This document shows positions 17,271 through 19,536 of a stretch of DNA of 19,536 nt, piece after piece. The notes beneath the pieces are model-generated. The model saw only the letters and a list, made by a program, of their open reading frames with translations. It ran no database searches and was not told where the DNA came from. The DNA is taken from positions 1-19,536 of the forward strand of contig CAVUPH010000038.1 of NCBI GenBank assembly GCA_963743305.1, given 5' to 3'. The DNA is from an uncultured delta proteobacterium (lineage in GTDB: Bacteria > Desulfobacterota > RBG-13-43-22). Each line of letters starts with the position of its first letter. The first letter of the stretch is position 1. The translations under genes were made by a program, and so were the position numbers.

Positions 17271-17876
17271 CTATTTCTTTTGCCGGTCGGCCACTCCCTC
17301 CAAAATAAACGTACGGACGGTACGGACGAAAGCAGGCATATCCATGGAATCCCCATGCACCAGCCACTGGACCAGCATCCCGGTATGACAGGCAATAATG
17401 GCATGGGCATAGAGGGCCGAATCCACTTTCTTTTTCACGGAACCGTCCTTTTTCCCTTCATTCAGCATTTCCTCGATGATGCGGCTGAATTTTTCGTAAA
17501 CGTTTTTAGCTATTTTTTCCGCTTCGGAGTTGGTGCCCACGATCTCATTCAGGAGGGTATTGAAGGCCAACGACAGGTCCCGGTGATCTCGGGCGAATTC
17601 CGTGGAATACTTATGAAAAATACGATACTTGGCCGTGAAATCCCCCCGAACGGACCGGACCGTTTCCGCCAATTTCTCCAACAGTTCCGTGTCAAATTTC
17701 CGAAAGATGGTGATCAGAATATCATCTTTACTCTTGAAGTACCAATAAAGGGTCCCACGACCGATGCCCGCCGATTCCGTAATCTCCTTGACCGAGGTCC
17801 CCCGGTACCCCTTGGCCAGGAAAAGCCGGGTACTGGCTTCGAGGATCCTTTCCTTGACATCACTTTTCTCGGCCAT
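17271..17876 (-). CDS. TetR/AcrR family transcriptional regulator
   Basis: N-terminal HTH ILEASTRLFLAKGYRGTSVKEITESAGIGRGTLYWYFKSKDD; 201 aa. Confidence 0.95.
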   Translation of the reverse strand: MAEKSDVKERILEASTRLFLAKGYRGTSVKEITESAGIGRGTLYWYFKSKDDILITIFRKFDTELLEKLAETVRSVRGDFTAKYRIFHKYSTEFARDHRDLSLAFNTLLNEIVGTNSEAEKIAKNVYEKFSRIIEEMLNEGKKDGSVKKKVDSALYAHAIIACHTGMLVQWLVHGDSMDMPAFVRTVRTFILEGVADRQKK

Positions 17877-17903
17877 CTTTCGAAGGTTTCCTTTTCCTGT
17901 ATC

Positions 17904-17959
17904 GACCGTTCAGTCTATTGCCGGCTAAATTTTTATTACAACTACAATGCCGATGTCAA
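17904..17959 (-). promoter_or_regulatory. Putative tetR promoter (-35 TTGACA at 17959-17954, AT-rich -10 near 17938-17930) with operator GACCGTTCAGTC (17904-17915)
   Basis: Perfect -35 hexamer, imperfect -10; the operator sits between the promoter and the ATG, as expected for autorepression. Confidence 0.55.
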
Positions 17960-18016
17960 GAAAAAAATTTCGAGTGCGCGTTCAGGACGTTAGGAACGCC
18001 CAGGAGGATCATTTTT

Positions 18017-18171
18017 CATGGTTTCGCAAAAAGTCCCCAGCCCTGTCATTGCGAGGAGTGAAGCGACGAAGCAATCCCTAAAAATCAGCTAGTTACCATG
18101 GTGGGGATTGCTTCCCCCGGATCAAGTCCGGGGTCGCAATGACAGGTTTTTGGATTTTTTGCGAATCCGTC
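18017..18171. mobile_element. MITE copy B (inverted relative to copy A)
   Basis: Aligns end to end with the reverse complement of 15352-15494. Flanking direct repeat ATTTTT at 18011-18016 and 18172-18177. Confidence 0.82.
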
Positions 18172-18311
18172 ATTTTTCACGGTTTAAAAACTTTTAGCTT
18201 TAAATCCTTGATCGACTTGAAATGTTTGGCATTGGAGGCGAATAATTAAGTGAGCTTGCCCGTCATGTTCCCCTTGCGCTTCCGAGGGACGCACTTTCCG
18301 AAGTTGCAACC

Positions 18312-18797
18312 TCAACCGCGGCGCGCCGCCTCGATTGTTGCAATGTCAATCTTTTTCATCTGCATCATCGCATCGAACGCGCGCTTGGCGGCATCGGCAT
18401 CCGAATCGTTGACCGCTCTCGTCAGGGTGATCGGCGTAATCTGCCAGGACAATCCCCATTTGTCCTGGCACCAGCCGCACGCGCTCTCCTGACCCCCATT
18501 GCCGACGATCGCCTCCCAGTAGCGATCCGTTTCGTCTTGGTCAGCAGTTGCGACCTGAAACGAGAACGCTTCGCTGTGCTTGAACGCGGGTCCGCCATTG
18601 AGCCCGAGGCAGGGAATGCCCATCACGGTAAACTCGACCGTCAATACATCCCCTTTCTTCCCGGACGGAAAGTCTCCCGGGGCTCGGTGCACCGCGCCGA
18701 CGGATGAATCGGGAAAGGTCTTGGCGTAAAACCTCGCCGCGTCCTCGGCGTCGCCATCGTACCAAAGGCAAATCGTGTTCTTTGCTGGCTTCATCAT
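18312..18797 (-). CDS. VOC family protein (3-demethylubiquinone-9 3-methyltransferase / PhnB-like)
   Basis: CLWYDGDAEDAARFY, GLNGGPAF, CGWCQDKWGLSWQI, MMQMKKIDIA. AAGGAG RBS. Confidence 0.92.
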   Translation of the reverse strand: MMKPAKNTICLWYDGDAEDAARFYAKTFPDSSVGAVHRAPGDFPSGKKGDVLTVEFTVMGIPCLGLNGGPAFKHSEAFSFQVATADQDETDRYWEAIVGNGGQESACGWCQDKWGLSWQITPITLTRAVNDSDADAAKRAFDAMMQMKKIDIATIEAARRG

Positions 18798-18798
18798 G

Positions 18799-18900
18799 TC
18801 ATTTCTCCTTCGTTATGAGCCACCCGAAGCCGGAGTAAACGATGCACTCGCAGTCGAAGGGCATGGGCTCGGCCAATCTCTCCGCGTCAGTCTGCAGCAC
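18799..18900 (-). pseudogene. Degraded C-terminal remnant of a DUF1428 (YbaA-like) gene
   Basis: Manual translation VLQTDAERLAEPMPFDCECIVYSGF...* resembles the family motif MPFDGKRMIYGGF; the stop codon abuts the VOC start. Confidence 0.5.
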
Positions 18901-18946
18901 AATTCGTATCATTATGACCCCTGCTTCAGTGTGCCTCGTTTAGTCG

Positions 18947-19004
18947 GGATAACGCAGGCATCAGCCGCGCTGTTTTTTGCGTCGGCTGGATGCATTTGTT
19001 GGCT
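18947..19004 (-). mobile_element. Integron attC site (58 bp)
   Basis: Minus strand AGCCAAC-AAAT-GCATC-C-AGCCG-A-CGC-loop-GCG-CGGCT-GATGC-CTGC-GTTATCC: AAC/GTT core, paired L boxes and two extrahelical bases. Confidence 0.82.
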
Positions 19005-19155
19005 CTGGTCTCGTAGGAGCAAGACGGACGATCTTGTGTCCAGAGGTGGTCTGAATGGAACGTAGATCAGCACATATTGCAGAAAGATCGCCTCGAAATT
19101 TTTGAGTGTGTTCCATTCGATGCATACGCACTTCTTCAACAATGGGGTCTTTCAT
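18961..19155 (-). CDS. Small protein paired with the PIN toxin (putative antitoxin)
   Basis: MKDPIVEEVR...DLSAICADLR...SGHKIV is typical of small ORFs downstream of this PIN subfamily. Starts 3 bp after the PIN stop, with a GGAGG RBS. Confidence 0.7.
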   Translation of the reverse strand: MKDPIVEEVRMHRMEHTQKFRGDLSAICADLRSIQTTSGHKIVRLAPTRPEPTNASSRRKKQRG

Positions 19156-19158
19156 TTT

Positions 19159-19536
19159 TTAAGCCTCCAATAATTCGTCAGGTGAACAGATTTCAGGGCA
19201 AATATATCCTTCATTTTCAATGATTCGCCTTATCGCTCTACGAGTGAAGGGGTTGTTCAAATGAGCAAAATTCCATGTGACAACCACATCGATACTGTTC
19301 ACCGCCGCTATTGCAATATGAAGGGCATCTTCCGGATAATTAGCCGGTATACCCCTCCCCGTAATGATATTTCCCGCAAGAGATATAACCTCGTCGCCAA
19401 TTTCAAGCATTGGAAAAGGTCTAATGGCTGCTATCCGAATTCTTGGCTTGATCCAAATCGCCTTTGCCGGCCTCTTCGTATACGAGTGCCGAGATATACG
19501 TCTCATACTTGGTTGATAATTCAGGCCAAAGATCCC
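19159..19536 (-). CDS. PIN-domain (VapC-like) toxin, 5'-truncated by the window edge, frameshift near 19445
   Basis: YISALVYEEAGKGD (upstream frame), then EDALHIAIAAV..DVVVTWNFAHLNN...PEICSPDEL. Confidence 0.88.
   Translation of the reverse strand, partial: GIFGLNYQPSMRRISRHSYTKRPAKAIWIKPRIRIAAIRPFPMLEIGDEVISLAGNIITGRGIPANYPEDALHIAIAAVNSIDVVVTWNFAHLNNPFTRRAIRRIIENEGYICPEICSPDELLEA

Noticed and set aside
15352-18171. Composite transposon formed by the two MITEs
   Set aside because: Each copy has its own distinct 6-bp duplication (AAAATT vs ATTTTT), indicating independent insertions.
18811-18910. Additional attC upstream of the VOC gene
   Set aside because: There is no AAC/GTT-bounded hairpin; the sequence is better explained as a DUF1428-like remnant.

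Overview
Bacterial DNA, most consistent with an anaerobic Desulfobacterota/Deltaproteobacteria-type genome (inferred from gene content and repeat families). Many single-base frameshifts in otherwise intact genes suggest an unpolished long-read assembly. The core (5.3-17.9 kb, all minus strand) is an acyl-CoA catabolic cluster: TetR regulator, acyl-CoA ligase, TRAP transporter dctPQM, SDR, universal stress protein, an AbfD/HpaB-family flavoprotein, thiolase and a FadB-like hydratase/dehydrogenase. There is no canonical acyl-CoA dehydrogenase. The AbfD-like protein lacks the Fe-S cysteines and instead has a Glu where acyl-CoA dehydrogenases carry their catalytic base, so it is the best candidate for new biochemistry. 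A shared palindromic operator precedes tetR, the ligase and the SDR. Both ends of the window carry integron-type attC cassettes, pointing inward, with no integrase visible. The left end also has three 16-bp REP-like motifs separating two IS4 end fragments, next to an internally deleted Y1/RAYT-type transposase. A hybrid histidine kinase lies between two diverged copies of the fadB 3' end and has an ISL3-like MITE (8-bp target duplication, NrdR-box-like motifs) upstream. Most larger intergenic spacers hold a palindromic mini-element. All family assignments are from recalled motifs, not database searches.
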